Shown here: positions 32,292 through 42,833 of the stretch, piece by piece
Layout: every line of letters begins with the position of its first letter
How positions within the stretch are numbered: position 1 is the stretch's first letter
Assembly (NCBI GenBank): GCA_964486995.1
Contig: CAZAOV010000001.1
Location: 95,168-159,167 of the forward strand
DNA length: 64,000 bases
From: an uncultured Gammaproteobacteria bacterium
GTDB taxonomy: Bacteria > Patescibacteriota > Patescibacteriia > SG8-24
Direction of reading: 5' to 3'
The notes under the pieces: generated by a model
What the model saw: only the letters and a program-made list of their open reading frames with translations
The model's database searches: none
What the model was told of the DNA's origin: nothing
Made by a program: the position numbers and the translations under genes

Positions 32292-32497
32292 TGGGATCAG
32301 TCCGTGTACAGATGGGTCTATTATTTTTTGCCGCGCACCTGTGCAAAAAACGTCAAACTTATTTTGAAGTGAGTCTGACGTTTTTTAAGGGCGAGCACCC
32401 GCAAAAAGGTGACGGCGGCGAGCAAGGCGGCCCACTTGGAAATGCGCGAAAAAGGCGATGATTTAGATAAATAACGTGACGTCAATCTTAAAAGAAC

Positions 32498-32523
32498 AAA
32501 AAACCGACCTTTACTGGGTCGGT
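32498..32523 (-). terminator. intrinsic terminator
   Basis: ACCGACC/GGTCGGT stem with T-run on the minus strand after the HAD gene. Confidence 0.65.
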
Positions 32524-32531
32524 AATTTATT

Positions 32532-33281
32532 TTAGGGAGTCTCCCCCCGACAAATCCGGCTAAGGACATCCGGAACACCGCGAATACCAAATGGAGCCCA
32601 ATACGGCCCTAGCACGGACTCATCCATATCATTGTAAGTCCACTGCGTCGGACAGCTCACATACACAGCATGAATTCCCAACTGCTGTGCGACCGTGATG
32701 TCACTCTTCTTGGAGTCACCGATCATCACTGTCCGCTCCGGTGTGTCCGCCGCAATCTGAGCCAATACCTCGGACTTGCTTGGTGATACCACGAACACTC
32801 GTGTTTCCGGAAAATATCGACCCAAGCCTGAACTCAACACCTTGGTCAGCTGTACGTTCTTGTCGCCGATGGTGCACATGTAGAGTTCGTAGCCCAAATC
32901 TTTTACCGCTTCCAGGGTACTAAAAGCGCCTGGAACAACCTCGCTGGATCCGATAAATGGCTTCATCGCAGCGCGCTGCAGACGATGACCGACGTCATCG
33001 CTCGGAATCAGGGCCTGCTCTTCGCAAAGAAGTCGGTAAGTCTCCAACCAGCAAGCCACATACTTTCGCGGACCAAATCCGTAACGTTCTGTAAATTCTA
33101 CGTCGATTCTCTGCTGTAAATCCAGAATCTGCGGAGCGTAAGCTGAATACCAACCAAGGGCATTCATCACGATGCCGCCGCACTCAAATGCAGCTCGGTT
33201 GAATTTGACCATAGTCATGATGAGCGTATCATCGAGGTCGAAGACAACTTTTAGTTCCTTGGGCTGAATCAGATGTGACAA
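32532..33281 (-). CDS. HAD-superfamily hydrolase
   Basis: FDLDDTL motif I; MIGDSKKSD motif IV. Confidence 0.85.
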   Translation of the reverse strand: MSHLIQPKELKVVFDLDDTLIMTMVKFNRAAFECGGIVMNALGWYSAYAPQILDLQQRIDVEFTERYGFGPRKYVACWLETYRLLCEEQALIPSDDVGHRLQRAAMKPFIGSSEVVPGAFSTLEAVKDLGYELYMCTIGDKNVQLTKVLSSGLGRYFPETRVFVVSPSKSEVLAQIAADTPERTVMIGDSKKSDITVAQQLGIHAVYVSCPTQWTYNDMDESVLGPYWAPFGIRGVPDVLSRICRGETP

Positions 33282-33315
33282 TGCTCTTTCTCCCGTTTTA
33301 AAAGTGCGAGGTACA

Positions 33316-33344
33316 AACTTAGCACCGAAAGACGCTCATGTCAA
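33316..33344 (-). promoter_or_regulatory. sigma70-type promoter of the HAD gene
   Basis: TTGACA-17-TGnTAAGTT. Confidence 0.6.
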
Positions 33345-33576
33345 AAGTACAGACCTGGAATTTTCTGCAGTACTCACAATACATCAAGGAGAATCTAGAC
33401 GGCCCACGCCGGAACACCGCTACTATGTTCCCGCGTGTCTTTGTGACAACTGTACGGAAGACAACATTCAGATGATTCGTCAGCAGACCCCTGTTCAATC
33501 CGTACCGTATTGAAAAATGCGAATTGAAGCATACAAAACGCACCCAATCTGTGAGTGCGTCTTATCATGTAGTATT

Positions 33577-34653
33577 CTAAAGTTCCACCGTAGAGTTGTC
33601 CCCGACTATCATTCTGTGACCAGCCGGCAGCGTCTCCTGAGCCGAAACCACCGAGGCACCACGCCCGATAAGGCCGTCGACTATTCGCTTCCGGCAACTT
33701 ATATTCACCTGGTCAAATACCACAGAGTGCTCAATTTCGGTATTTCTAATGATCACATTATCGCCAATGGACGTGTACGGACCAATGTAACTGCGATCGA
33801 TGACGCAGTTCTCGCCAATAGTTACTGGACCGCGAATCAAGCACCGGCCGCGAATCTCCGTACCCCGGCCTATTTTTACCCGACCGTGAAGAATTACCTC
33901 GTCATCGCACTTGGCCTCGTTTATGGCCTGTTCGCGGGTCATCTCCGCCAACATCAGTTGGTTGCCTTCGAGCAGGTCCTCTGGTTTGCCGGTATCTTTC
34001 CACCAGCCAGTGATTTCTTCATAGCCCACATTGAAACCGTTCTGAATTAGCCAAGTATGAATATCGGAAATTTCGTACTCACCGCGCGCGGAAGGTTTGA
34101 TATGTTCATACGCCTCGAAGAAACTGCTGTCGTATATATATATGCCGGTTACCGCGAAATCACTCTTTGGATTCTCCGGCTTTTCATCCACCCGAACAAT
34201 ATGCCCATCTTTCATCTCTGGCACTCCGAATCGCCGCGGATCTTTGACTTTGGACAGCGCCAGCATACAGTTACGATCTTCCTGATTAAACTTATCGACC
34301 AAATTTTTAATGCTGCCCAAAATAATATTGTCGCCCAGATAGAAGATGAACGAATCGTCACCGATAAAATCCCTGGCGACGTTGACCACGTGCGCAATCC
34401 CCTTCGGACCGCCGGTCTGTTCAATATATGTAATCTTTACACCCCACCGCGAACCGTCACCGACTATCCGCTGCATCTCCTGCTCCCCCGGATTCACGTT
34501 GATGGCGATTTCGGTCACTCCGGCGTCGCACACCTTTTCGATGGCGTTAAAAATCATCGGCTTGTTGGCCAATGGAATCAGGTGCTTGTTGATTGTCCAA
34601 GTGATTGGGCGTAGGCGTGTGGCATGCCCACCAGCGGCAATAAGTGCTTTCAT
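33577..34653 (-). CDS. rmlA: glucose-1-phosphate thymidylyltransferase, long form
   Basis: AAGGHATRLRP..NKHL, YLGDN, SARGEYEI, WKDTG, C-terminal left-handed beta-helix repeats; ATG at 34653. Confidence 0.9.
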   Translation of the reverse strand: MKALIAAGGHATRLRPITWTINKHLIPLANKPMIFNAIEKVCDAGVTEIAINVNPGEQEMQRIVGDGSRWGVKITYIEQTGGPKGIAHVVNVARDFIGDDSFIFYLGDNIILGSIKNLVDKFNQEDRNCMLALSKVKDPRRFGVPEMKDGHIVRVDEKPENPKSDFAVTGIYIYDSSFFEAYEHIKPSARGEYEISDIHTWLIQNGFNVGYEEITGWWKDTGKPEDLLEGNQLMLAEMTREQAINEAKCDDEVILHGRVKIGRGTEIRGRCLIRGPVTIGENCVIDRSYIGPYTSIGDNVIIRNTEIEHSVVFDQVNISCRKRIVDGLIGRGASVVSAQETLPAGHRMIVGDNSTVEL

Positions 34654-34778
34654 AAATCGTATTTTAATTTGAAGTGGGTAGCGAGGGTTCACCCTATGCG
34701 TAAGGCAATGATGCGCTTACTAAGTTAAAAACCAGTCTTTTTGTACCTTATCAAGCTCACCAATTTAGTCTAAGGACT

Positions 34779-34817
34779 TATCCCCAAAATAGGTGCCAGG
34801 GACCTATTTTGGGGATA
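34779..34817. repeat. perfect inverted repeat, 16-bp arms
   Basis: TATCCCCAAAATAGGT-7nt-ACCTATTTTGGGGATA. Confidence 0.85.
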
Positions 34818-34861
34818 TCTCCAGATTTAAAAAACCGGACAACTGTCCGATTTTAATGTAC

Positions 34862-35482
34862 TTAAGAATCAAGGTCAAACCCCTGCTCGCGCAAAAACTT
34901 ATTCAACCCGGAATAATCTCTGTAGTGGTGAGCCACAATACCCAGATTGCGAGCCTCATTCACGTATTCAGGGATATCATCAATATACACGGCTCCGTCT
35001 GGCTGTACGCCAGAACGATCGAGACCCAAGCGCCACATTTTCTGATTCGGCTTGGCGATTTTCTCCTTATAAGAAAGGACGGTGTAATTAAACAGCGACA
35101 TCACGCCGAGTCGATCCAGCTCCTCACGGCGCAGCTCCTCCATGTCCGATATGGCGGTAATAATGACGCCGGCTCGATTTAAATTGAACCACAACCGCAC
35201 CACGTCTTTATTCAGCGTAAACACCCTGGAGAACGCGTCGTCGAACTCACCGAACGGCATCGTGCCTAAACAACCGAACCTGCGCAATACCATTTCGCGA
35301 AATTCATCCGTGCTGATTAGCCCGCGAGTATATTTTCGCGTCAGCCGATGAGGGCCGTGGTATATGATCAGATAAATGAAGTAAGCGTCATAGTCGCAAT
35401 AACGAGCTATGGCTTTACAGACTTTGTAGTTGTCGAAACCGACCACCACATTACCAACGTCAGAAAGGATGACCTTTGCCAT
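34862..35482 (-). CDS. HAD phosphatase (YihX-like)
   Basis: SDVGNVV, AKP and YIDD motifs. Confidence 0.8.
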   Translation of the reverse strand: MAKVILSDVGNVVVGFDNYKVCKAIARYCDYDAYFIYLIIYHGPHRLTRKYTRGLISTDEFREMVLRRFGCLGTMPFGEFDDAFSRVFTLNKDVVRLWFNLNRAGVIITAISDMEELRREELDRLGVMSLFNYTVLSYKEKIAKPNQKMWRLGLDRSGVQPDGAVYIDDIPEYVNEARNLGIVAHHYRDYSGLNKFLREQGFDLDS

Positions 35483-35572
35483 CTACTGCTCCTCGTTTTA
35501 AAAAACGATATTTCATTCATGCCGCACTTAACGAGCTGATGTCAAAAATCCGGCTGTGTATTTCGGATTTAT

Positions 35573-36463
35573 TTACGCCGCCTGCCTGTTTTTTTCCGGC
35601 ACCACTTCAGGATAATCGGTGAAAAAAGCCCTGAGAGCTTCGATGCGCGGGCGGAGTGGCGCTAATTTGGTGTTGTTTAATTTGCCGTATGCGGGGCGCT
35701 TGGCTGGCTTGGAAAATGCTTCCGAGGTGACCGGCGCGCGCGGAGTGTCTATGCCAAGCAGAGCAAAAAACTCTTCGGCGAATTCATACCAAGTAACGCC
35801 CGCACCTTCGTTTACTAAATGATATGTGCCGATCTCATGGTCATCGGTTAACAACTGCATTGTAGCCGCAGCTACGTCTGCGGTATAGGTCGGCATGCCG
35901 ACTTCTTCGTCTACTATGGAAAGCGCTGATTTCTCGGCAGCCAATTTCAACATAATGCTGACGAAACTGGGCTTGGCCGCAGCGGACGAGCCTGGCCGGC
36001 CGTATAGCTTGGACAGCCGGCAGATATAACTGTCACCGCCCGCCGCCCGCACGGCGATTTCGCCAGCCAACTTGCTCTCGCCGTAAGCCGAAATCGGACC
36101 GGGCGCATCATCCTCGTTATAGCCTTCGGGTTTGGTGCCGGCGAATACGTAGTCACTGCTGTAATGCACAAACTTGGCACCGACCTCTTTGGCTAACGCA
36201 GCCAACCGTCCCGGAACCGCAGCATTCAATTCCCAGACCAATTCTTTTTTGTGCGCATCCTCGGCACCGTCAACATCGTTCCAGGCTACTGCGTTTATAA
36301 TCGCATCAAAACTACCGTCAACTATCACGTCACGCAGAGCGTCACGGTCTGTCACGTCCAGATGGTCTTTGTCCATCCCGACCACTTCTTGCTCAGCCGA
36401 TTTGAATAACCGAACCAGGTCCTGACCAAGATTGCCTCGGCAACCCAATACCAAAATTTTCAT
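35573..36463 (-). CDS. rmlD: dTDP-4-dehydrorhamnose reductase
   Basis: GCRGNLG, SSDYVF, YGESKLAGE, PAKRP. Confidence 0.92.
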   Translation of the reverse strand: MKILVLGCRGNLGQDLVRLFKSAEQEVVGMDKDHLDVTDRDALRDVIVDGSFDAIINAVAWNDVDGAEDAHKKELVWELNAAVPGRLAALAKEVGAKFVHYSSDYVFAGTKPEGYNEDDAPGPISAYGESKLAGEIAVRAAGGDSYICRLSKLYGRPGSSAAAKPSFVSIMLKLAAEKSALSIVDEEVGMPTYTADVAAATMQLLTDDHEIGTYHLVNEGAGVTWYEFAEEFFALLGIDTPRAPVTSEAFSKPAKRPAYGKLNNTKLAPLRPRIEALRAFFTDYPEVVPEKNRQAA

Positions 36464-37035
36464 GCATGTACATGATTAGCGTTTTCAAAAACAAACGGCG
36501 TTTCCAGGCCTGCCAGTCCGACAAAGCCGGCATCGCGCTCGTTCACCAGCGGCTCCTCGCGGAACGGCCACTCGATACCCACGTCCGAACAGTTGAACCG
36601 CAACCCCCCTTCGGCTTTGGGCGCGTAACCCGCGTTCCCGCACAAATACATCAGCTCGCAATCCTCGATCGCATAAAATCCGTGCGCAAAACCGCCCGGC
36701 ACAAATAACATCTTTTTGTTGTCCGCGGTCAGCTCCACGCCAAACCACTTGCCATAAGTTGGTGAACCGAGACGAATATCAACCGCCACATCAAACAACT
36801 TACCGCGCAGACACCGCACCAACTTGGACTGATCGTGCGGCGGTGCCTGATAGTGCAATCCGCGCAATACGCCAGCCGCAGAAAAACTATGATTAATTTG
36901 CACCACTGTCGGCTCGATTCCCAGCCCTTCGAACTTGGTGGCGCTATGCATTTCCATAAACCAGCCACGCTCGTCGCCAAACACTTGCGGCTCGACCACG
37001 ACCAATCCTTCGATTCCTGTCTCGACAACATTCAT
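36460..37035 (-). CDS. rmlC: dTDP-4-dehydrorhamnose 3,5-epimerase
   Basis: DERGWF, RGLHYQ, DIRLGSPTYG, FAHGF. Confidence 0.95.
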   Translation of the reverse strand: MNVVETGIEGLVVVEPQVFGDERGWFMEMHSATKFEGLGIEPTVVQINHSFSAAGVLRGLHYQAPPHDQSKLVRCLRGKLFDVAVDIRLGSPTYGKWFGVELTADNKKMLFVPGGFAHGFYAIEDCELMYLCGNAGYAPKAEGGLRFNCSDVGIEWPFREEPLVNERDAGFVGLAGLETPFVFENANHVHA

Positions 37036-37036
37036 A

Positions 37037-38062
37037 CTACGCCACCTCCTTTAGCGTTTGATTATAATACTTGTCGTGATACTCACGATACGAACCGTCT
37101 TTCACGCGCTGCCACCAACCCGGATTATCCCTGTACCACTCGATGGTGCTCATCATACCGCTCTCGAAATCTATCTTCGGCTCCCAGCCCAATTCGTTTT
37201 GAATCTTGGTAAAATCCACCACGTAACGTGCGTCATGACCGGGTCGGTCCGGTACGTATGACTTCAGCGTCTGCGACTTGCCCAGCGCTTCCAAAATAAA
37301 ATCGGTAATCTCCTCAACGGATTTTTCGATACCGGTTCCCAAGTTATAGGTCTCACCGATCTTTCCTTTGCGAACAATCAAATCAATACCGGCGCTATGG
37401 TCATCGCAGTGAATCCACTCGCGCGAATTCTGGCTGGATTTAAATAGTGTTAATTGCTTTCCCTCCATCGCATCGGTCGAAAATTTAGGAATCAATTTTT
37501 CCGGAAACTGATACGGTCCGTAATTATTGCAGCAGTGACTAATCGTCACCGGCAGGCCGAACGTGTGATGATAAGCGCGCACCACGTGATCCGAAGCGGC
37601 CTTGGACGCACTGTAAGGAGACTTTGGCATATAAGGGTCGCTCTCTTTGAATTTTCTGTCTTCGTCCAGACCAATCTCGCCAAATACCTCATCGGTCGAA
37701 ATATGATGCAGACGTACCCCCTTCTGTTTGCATGCTTCCAGTACCATCTGCGTTCCAATGACATTGTTGCGAATAAAAACGTCTGGCTCCAAGACACTCC
37801 GGTCAACATGCGACTCAGCCGCATAATTAACGACAACATCGGTATCATCCCCCATTGCTTCTAAGAGCTGCTCCAAATTGCAAATATCACCGCGCACAAA
37901 TCTGTAACGCGAATCGTTTTCAATATCCTTTAGATTTTCCAAATTGCCGGCGTAAGTCAGCTTGTCGTAATTGATGACCTGAACGTCGTCATATTTTTTG
38001 AGCAGGTATCTAATATAGGAAGAGCCAATAAAGCCAGCCCCGCCTGTAACGAAAATTTTCAT
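37037..38062 (-). CDS. rmlB: dTDP-glucose 4,6-dehydratase
   Basis: GGAGFIG, DKLTYAG, AESHVDRS, STDEV, YSASK, DRPGHD. Confidence 0.96.
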   Translation of the reverse strand: MKIFVTGGAGFIGSSYIRYLLKKYDDVQVINYDKLTYAGNLENLKDIENDSRYRFVRGDICNLEQLLEAMGDDTDVVVNYAAESHVDRSVLEPDVFIRNNVIGTQMVLEACKQKGVRLHHISTDEVFGEIGLDEDRKFKESDPYMPKSPYSASKAASDHVVRAYHHTFGLPVTISHCCNNYGPYQFPEKLIPKFSTDAMEGKQLTLFKSSQNSREWIHCDDHSAGIDLIVRKGKIGETYNLGTGIEKSVEEITDFILEALGKSQTLKSYVPDRPGHDARYVVDFTKIQNELGWEPKIDFESGMMSTIEWYRDNPGWWQRVKDGSYREYHDKYYNQTLKEVA

Positions 38063-38240
38063 ACTTATCCACAGATTAGTTTAGCGCTCACTACAGCTTA
38101 TCGTTTTCTTAAATTATGAACCAGAAATCGCACCCGTATAAGGCTTGACGTAATGGAGAATAAATGCCTACCGGGCATGAGCTTACGAAACGAATTGATA
38201 GTATGCAGAATAACATTTGAGGCGTTAGATTTAATTTAAT

Positions 38241-38420
38241 TTGATAACTATCCTCAATGAATCAATCGACAAACGCCACACCGAGAAACTCCACGCAACG
38301 GAAGAACGACCTAATAAGTACGTCAACGAACTGACTACCAAACACCAAAAATACGACCGTGAAATCACCATGTTTAGCGGCCGCCGCTACCAAATTCAAA
38401 ATCTTGTCGGCATAAAATAG
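38241..38420 (+). CDS. possible small protein (59 aa, TTG start)
   Basis: Open frame ITILNESIDKRH...YDREITMFSGRRYQIQNLVGIK followed by a terminator; below the ORF-track cutoff. Confidence 0.35.
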   Translation: MITILNESIDKRHTEKLHATEERPNKYVNELTTKHQKYDREITMFSGRRYQIQNLVGIK

Positions 38421-38427
38421 CCAAAGC

Positions 38428-38455
38428 AAAACACCGGATTAAATCTGGTGTTTTT
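38428..38455. terminator. bidirectional terminator
   Basis: AAAACACCGGATT/AATCTGGTGTTTT. Confidence 0.7.
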
Positions 38456-38506
38456 ATCCTCATGGATGTGGCTGTCCCGTCTTGGATTTGAACTAGACTT
38501 AAAAAT

Positions 38507-38914
38507 TTACAACCCGGACTTAATGGCCGCAGCTAATTCCCCTATCTCGTCTTCGGTCATATCGAGTTTCGGCCAATGGCTGAGGCCGTCTCCGTCGTAG
38601 CGCGGAATCATGTGCACGTGAGTATGGAACACCAGCTGCCCGGCGGCAGCGCCTTTGTTGACGATTATATTGTAACCTTGCGCATCTAGTTTCTTTTCGG
38701 CGGCTTCGCCTAGGCGTCCTACCGCGCTGAAGATATGCGACATGGTTACTGTATCTACATCAGCGATGTTTTCGCTGTGTTCCTTCGGTATAACCAGCAA
38801 GTGCCCGCGGCTGGCTGGAAAAATATCCATGAACGCCAACACCTGATCGTCCTCGTAAACTTTCTTGGACGGAATTTCTCCGGTCACGATTTTGCAGAAA
38901 AGACAGCCTGACAT
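38507..38914 (-). CDS. HIT family hydrolase
   Basis: CLFCKI, GHLLVIPK and HTHVH histidine triad. Confidence 0.93.
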   Translation of the reverse strand: MSGCLFCKIVTGEIPSKKVYEDDQVLAFMDIFPASRGHLLVIPKEHSENIADVDTVTMSHIFSAVGRLGEAAEKKLDAQGYNIIVNKGAAAGQLVFHTHVHMIPRYDGDGLSHWPKLDMTEDEIGELAAAIKSGL

Positions 38915-39040
38915 ATTTCAATATATATTTATGACTTTCGTAATTAGCCAACACCGAGAGATCTCTTTGCCCCCTGTGGTGGCCCTCTGCAAAGGGGAGA
39001 CCCGTTCCACTAGGGTCGGTAATAAACAAAAGCCACAGTA

Positions 39041-39478
39041 TTATTCTTTCTTAACCGGCCTCGGACCACCGACAACCGAATGAATCGAACCAACCACAAC
39101 CAGCGCAGCGGCCACACCCATTGCGATAGTCAGCATCAGATGTTCGTCCAACTGAGCAAAATAAGCTTGGGCAAACAGCACGACTAACGTGGCTATCGCA
39201 CACCCAGCCAGCGCGAACAATATAAGACGCCATGCGGAACGCTCATAAACCGGTCCGAGCATGGACATCGCACCAAAAATCACCAGCGCCACCACTAACC
39301 GCTGCGGCGAAATATGATTGAAAAACAAGCCAGGGTAGATAGTCTCGGCCGCCGCACCACAAGTCACCAAAATAAAAGCCACCACAAAACCAACCCGTCC
39401 CAAATCAGCGATATACACAAAAAATTCGCGTATCGCCACCAGTTCCTCTTCTAGATATTGTTGCGTCTCGATATCCAT
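39041..39478 (-). CDS. membrane protein (about 4 TM)
   Basis: Hydrophobic segments; abuts the upstream gene. Confidence 0.7.
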   Translation of the reverse strand: MDIETQQYLEEELVAIREFFVYIADLGRVGFVVAFILVTCGAAAETIYPGLFFNHISPQRLVVALVIFGAMSMLGPVYERSAWRLILFALAGCAIATLVVLFAQAYFAQLDEHLMLTIAMGVAAALVVVGSIHSVVGGPRPVKKE

Positions 39479-39479
39479 A

Positions 39480-41027
39480 CTATTCTACTTCTTCGCTATA
39501 GCTCCAGCCATCGGATAAAATCACGGCTGTCTCGCGGTCCGTAACCTGCCAACCCAACTCATCCAACAAACCTATGATGCCTTCAATCCAGCCGACTGGA
39601 TCGCGGAAAAAAATGAATTTCACCGATTCCAACGCCAAGTCTTTTCTGGTAACCCCGATGCCGGGTGCGGAAATCGCGAAACGATATTCCCCATCCTCGG
39701 TAGTCGCCAGTCTAGAAACTTCAAACGTCGCTTCCGCCACCGTGGTATCAACTGCCATTTTAGGCGACTCATATTCGGTCAAGATGAAATCAATTCCACT
39801 GCTCGCCAAATCATCGGCGTTCATATACCAATCTAGCTGCATGGGCAAAGGATTGAAATAATCATCGGGCGATAAGGCGAACACGCCGTCGGTCTCTAAT
39901 AGCACATCGCGCTTGGGCGAGATTATTTCGAACGGACCGCCCCCCTTATCGAGCCAGGAAAAATATCGCGTATGCGGTTCTCGCAAATCAACTTCCCATT
40001 TATCTACTTTGACCTTCTGCAGTGCTTCCTCATGTGCGGTTCGTGCGACCATAGAACGACCACCAACAAATACAGTCACCGGCAAAGTTTGGTCGCTATA
40101 ACCGACATGGTCGCCCAAATACAGTCGGTTCAAGAACACAAATTTATTCTGCCGCGTAGAAAGCTCGCGAATAAAAACATCTCCCGACGCAGTGAACTCG
40201 ATACGGTACAACCCGCTGATGGGATACGGAAGCGTTAACGACACATTTCGCAAGCCAGAAGATTTTTGATTGTCCTTAGTATTGCCGTCATCTTCAAGCA
40301 CAGTACGCGCCACCGCATCTTGCTCTCCCTCACGATACACCGACAACGTCACCGGATCCGCACCCTCCTGCCGGTTCATGTCCTGAACCTTGAACGAAAA
40401 AGATAGCGGCTCCTGCTCGACGTAGGTCAAGATGCGATGATTGCCGCGCAACGAGACCACCCGTGATTTCGGCTCATCTAGAGTGATATGACTGGACATT
40501 TCATGGGGCCACGAAATCACGGTGCGGTACATCGCCACTCGAGACGAATCAGGTGGCTCACGCAGAAAACTGTCCACGCTGTTGTAAATCTTTTTCCGCT
40601 GCAGCAATGTGACGTCACCGCTAGTGATTCGCGGCCATGACAATGAGTCCACTAGCTGATTTTCCGCTGGTCGCATGTCAAACTGGCCATCTAAACGATT
40701 GGCTAGCGCTCCGATTTCCACCAACGACTGACCGCGATTCCGATAGCGGGCTACCACGGTTACGTTCTCAAACTCTGACGGTGGTCGCACATCAAAATAA
40801 ATCGGATCTCCAACCACTCGGTACGGCGGCCCTGCTTCCAACTCCAGGCGCTGACTTGGCTTGGGTTCAGAAATGTACGGCGAAGGGTCAGTAATGTCGG
40901 TACGTGCTGTGAGATAGCCGTCCGGGGAAACGGCCGCCGAGATAATCCGCATTAAAGCCGCGATGACTACCACCACCGCAATTATGCGAATCGCAATCAT
41001 GAATCTTATATCCGGCTTTTTATTCAT
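39480..41027 (-). CDS. membrane-anchored extracytoplasmic hypothetical protein
   Basis: About 515 aa with N-terminal TM and beta-rich body; start uncertain (41027 or 40999). Confidence 0.75.
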   Translation of the reverse strand: MNKKPDIRFMIAIRIIAVVVVIAALMRIISAAVSPDGYLTARTDITDPSPYISEPKPSQRLELEAGPPYRVVGDPIYFDVRPPSEFENVTVVARYRNRGQSLVEIGALANRLDGQFDMRPAENQLVDSLSWPRITSGDVTLLQRKKIYNSVDSFLREPPDSSRVAMYRTVISWPHEMSSHITLDEPKSRVVSLRGNHRILTYVEQEPLSFSFKVQDMNRQEGADPVTLSVYREGEQDAVARTVLEDDGNTKDNQKSSGLRNVSLTLPYPISGLYRIEFTASGDVFIRELSTRQNKFVFLNRLYLGDHVGYSDQTLPVTVFVGGRSMVARTAHEEALQKVKVDKWEVDLREPHTRYFSWLDKGGGPFEIISPKRDVLLETDGVFALSPDDYFNPLPMQLDWYMNADDLASSGIDFILTEYESPKMAVDTTVAEATFEVSRLATTEDGEYRFAISAPGIGVTRKDLALESVKFIFFRDPVGWIEGIIGLLDELGWQVTDRETAVILSDGWSYSEEVE

Positions 41028-42675
41028 CCAACTGTTCAAATTTATACAGAGTTTTGTCGCCGACGTTCGCCATCGGTTCAACAGTCAAACCCAGCGGAGG
41101 CAGCTTGTCGGTCTGCAGCCATTGTACGTCATAATCCGGCAAAGTAAGACCGAAATAATAAGTCGGTCTTATGCGAACCGCTTCGGGTAACAGTTCATAG
41201 GTTTTTGCGGTTCGAAGCGGATACAGCACTGAACGATACGGATACAAATACTTATCGGCCCGATCAACTACTATTAACGAATCGTACTCGGTCAACTCAA
41301 AAACCATCTCGGCTTCCGTTTTGTATTTTAGCAAGTTGTCGCGCACTGCGGACAGCCCCTCCCCCTTTGAGGAAAATATCGTACCTATCGACGCAACAAT
41401 GACGGCGAAGAGCGCAATATATGCAACGCACTTACCGGGCTTACCCCTCTTTAGCAGCGAATCCATCGCCAGCGCGACCGGAAGCGTGGACAACACGAAC
41501 AACGGCAACCAATAACGCAGATATGATGAACCCAGACTAACGGCTGTCGGATCCGGACTATCCTGAATATGCCAGCTACCGTACAGCGGAATCATCCATG
41601 CGGCTATAGCCAGACCGGCGGCCAAAAAAACCTTCGAGTCCGGCAAGAGGCGGCGGCGGCGATAAACACCGACGGCCAAATATATAACCGCCGCTGCAAC
41701 AGCAACCGTCCACCACCACGCTAATCCCATACCATAGACCCAAAAATTGATCGCGGCGGTACGCGGCGCAAAGCCGAGCGGAAAAAACGCCGGCCGCAAC
41801 GGACCCAATATCCGGGCGCCCAAGCCGCCATGCGGGTCACCGCCTACAGTCGCGACCACATCACCATATCCGGTGGCAAATATACTGCCGTACAACGACT
41901 GATTCATTATCAAAAACGGCGCTAAAGTCAGCATGGCAAAAACCATACACAACACCACCCTACCCCAAACCACCCGACGCCAAGCCAGCATCAGAAAGAC
42001 GACTGCTCCGGCTGCCAGCCAATACGCTGCCGCCGGCCGAACGGCCAATGCCAAACCCAAAAATATACCGGCAATAATTCCATCAGCTCGACGCAATACG
42101 CCCATGCCGCCGTACCCGTACAGTTCGGTAAACGCCGCCACCGGAGCGCGCAATAAAAAATACGCCGAAATCAACAACAAGGAAACGAGCAATACGTTCG
42201 GCATCATGGAACGAGAAGTCCAGTACCACCAAAATACGTTAGTCAGTAACAACAGTGCGGCCAACAACGCGGCCCGTAAACCGTAGTATCGCTTGACTAT
42301 CAACGACCACGCCAACACACCGAATAGCGCGAACACCGGAGTAAAAAACGGAAGCGCTCCCGTTCCGAAAACCTTGGCCAACCAGCCGTAGAGCATCGGC
42401 AAGCCCAAAAAACCGCCCGGCACCTGAAGACCGTCCACCACTTTGACGCTGCGCGGATGAATACGGTCGTCCAATCTAACGTTCAAATAATCAATCCGAT
42501 GCAGCTGCCCGTTACGTGCGACCTGTTCGGCAAACACCGCATTAGAATTCTCGTCCGGTGAATTATAAATTCCCGGAACAGACAGCGGCAAAAACGAATA
42601 CAAAAAAAAGAATACGACGCCGATGGCGGCGGCGCTGGCATATTTGAGCAATTGAACTGGTTTTATAGACGTCAT
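41020..42675 (-). CDS. multi-TM GT-C-fold (ArnT/PMT-like) glycosyltransferase, putative
   Basis: NSPDE acidic motif after TM1, many TM helices, RYWLP; glycosylation-cluster context. Confidence 0.7.
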   Translation of the reverse strand: MTSIKPVQLLKYASAAAIGVVFFFLYSFLPLSVPGIYNSPDENSNAVFAEQVARNGQLHRIDYLNVRLDDRIHPRSVKVVDGLQVPGGFLGLPMLYGWLAKVFGTGALPFFTPVFALFGVLAWSLIVKRYYGLRAALLAALLLLTNVFWWYWTSRSMMPNVLLVSLLLISAYFLLRAPVAAFTELYGYGGMGVLRRADGIIAGIFLGLALAVRPAAAYWLAAGAVVFLMLAWRRVVWGRVVLCMVFAMLTLAPFLIMNQSLYGSIFATGYGDVVATVGGDPHGGLGARILGPLRPAFFPLGFAPRTAAINFWVYGMGLAWWWTVAVAAAVIYLAVGVYRRRRLLPDSKVFLAAGLAIAAWMIPLYGSWHIQDSPDPTAVSLGSSYLRYWLPLFVLSTLPVALAMDSLLKRGKPGKCVAYIALFAVIVASIGTIFSSKGEGLSAVRDNLLKYKTEAEMVFELTEYDSLIVVDRADKYLYPYRSVLYPLRTAKTYELLPEAVRIRPTYYFGLTLPDYDVQWLQTDKLPPLGLTVEPMANVGDKTLYKFEQLDE

Positions 42676-42833
42676 GCGATATGGAACTGCTTAGTTATTG
42701 AGCTAGCCGGCTCTTTCTTAGCAAGCGTTAAGCAAATCAACAGCTCAGCAACTCAGAAAACCTGGGCAAAGCACTAACAATGAACGTGTTTCTGACTGTC
42801 GCTTACATCTCATTAGTGCTGTTTTATCCGCAA

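Noticed and set aside
33304-33513. 69-aa ORF with CxCxxC
   Set aside because: GTG start overlaps the HAD promoter, has no SD, and I recognise no homology.
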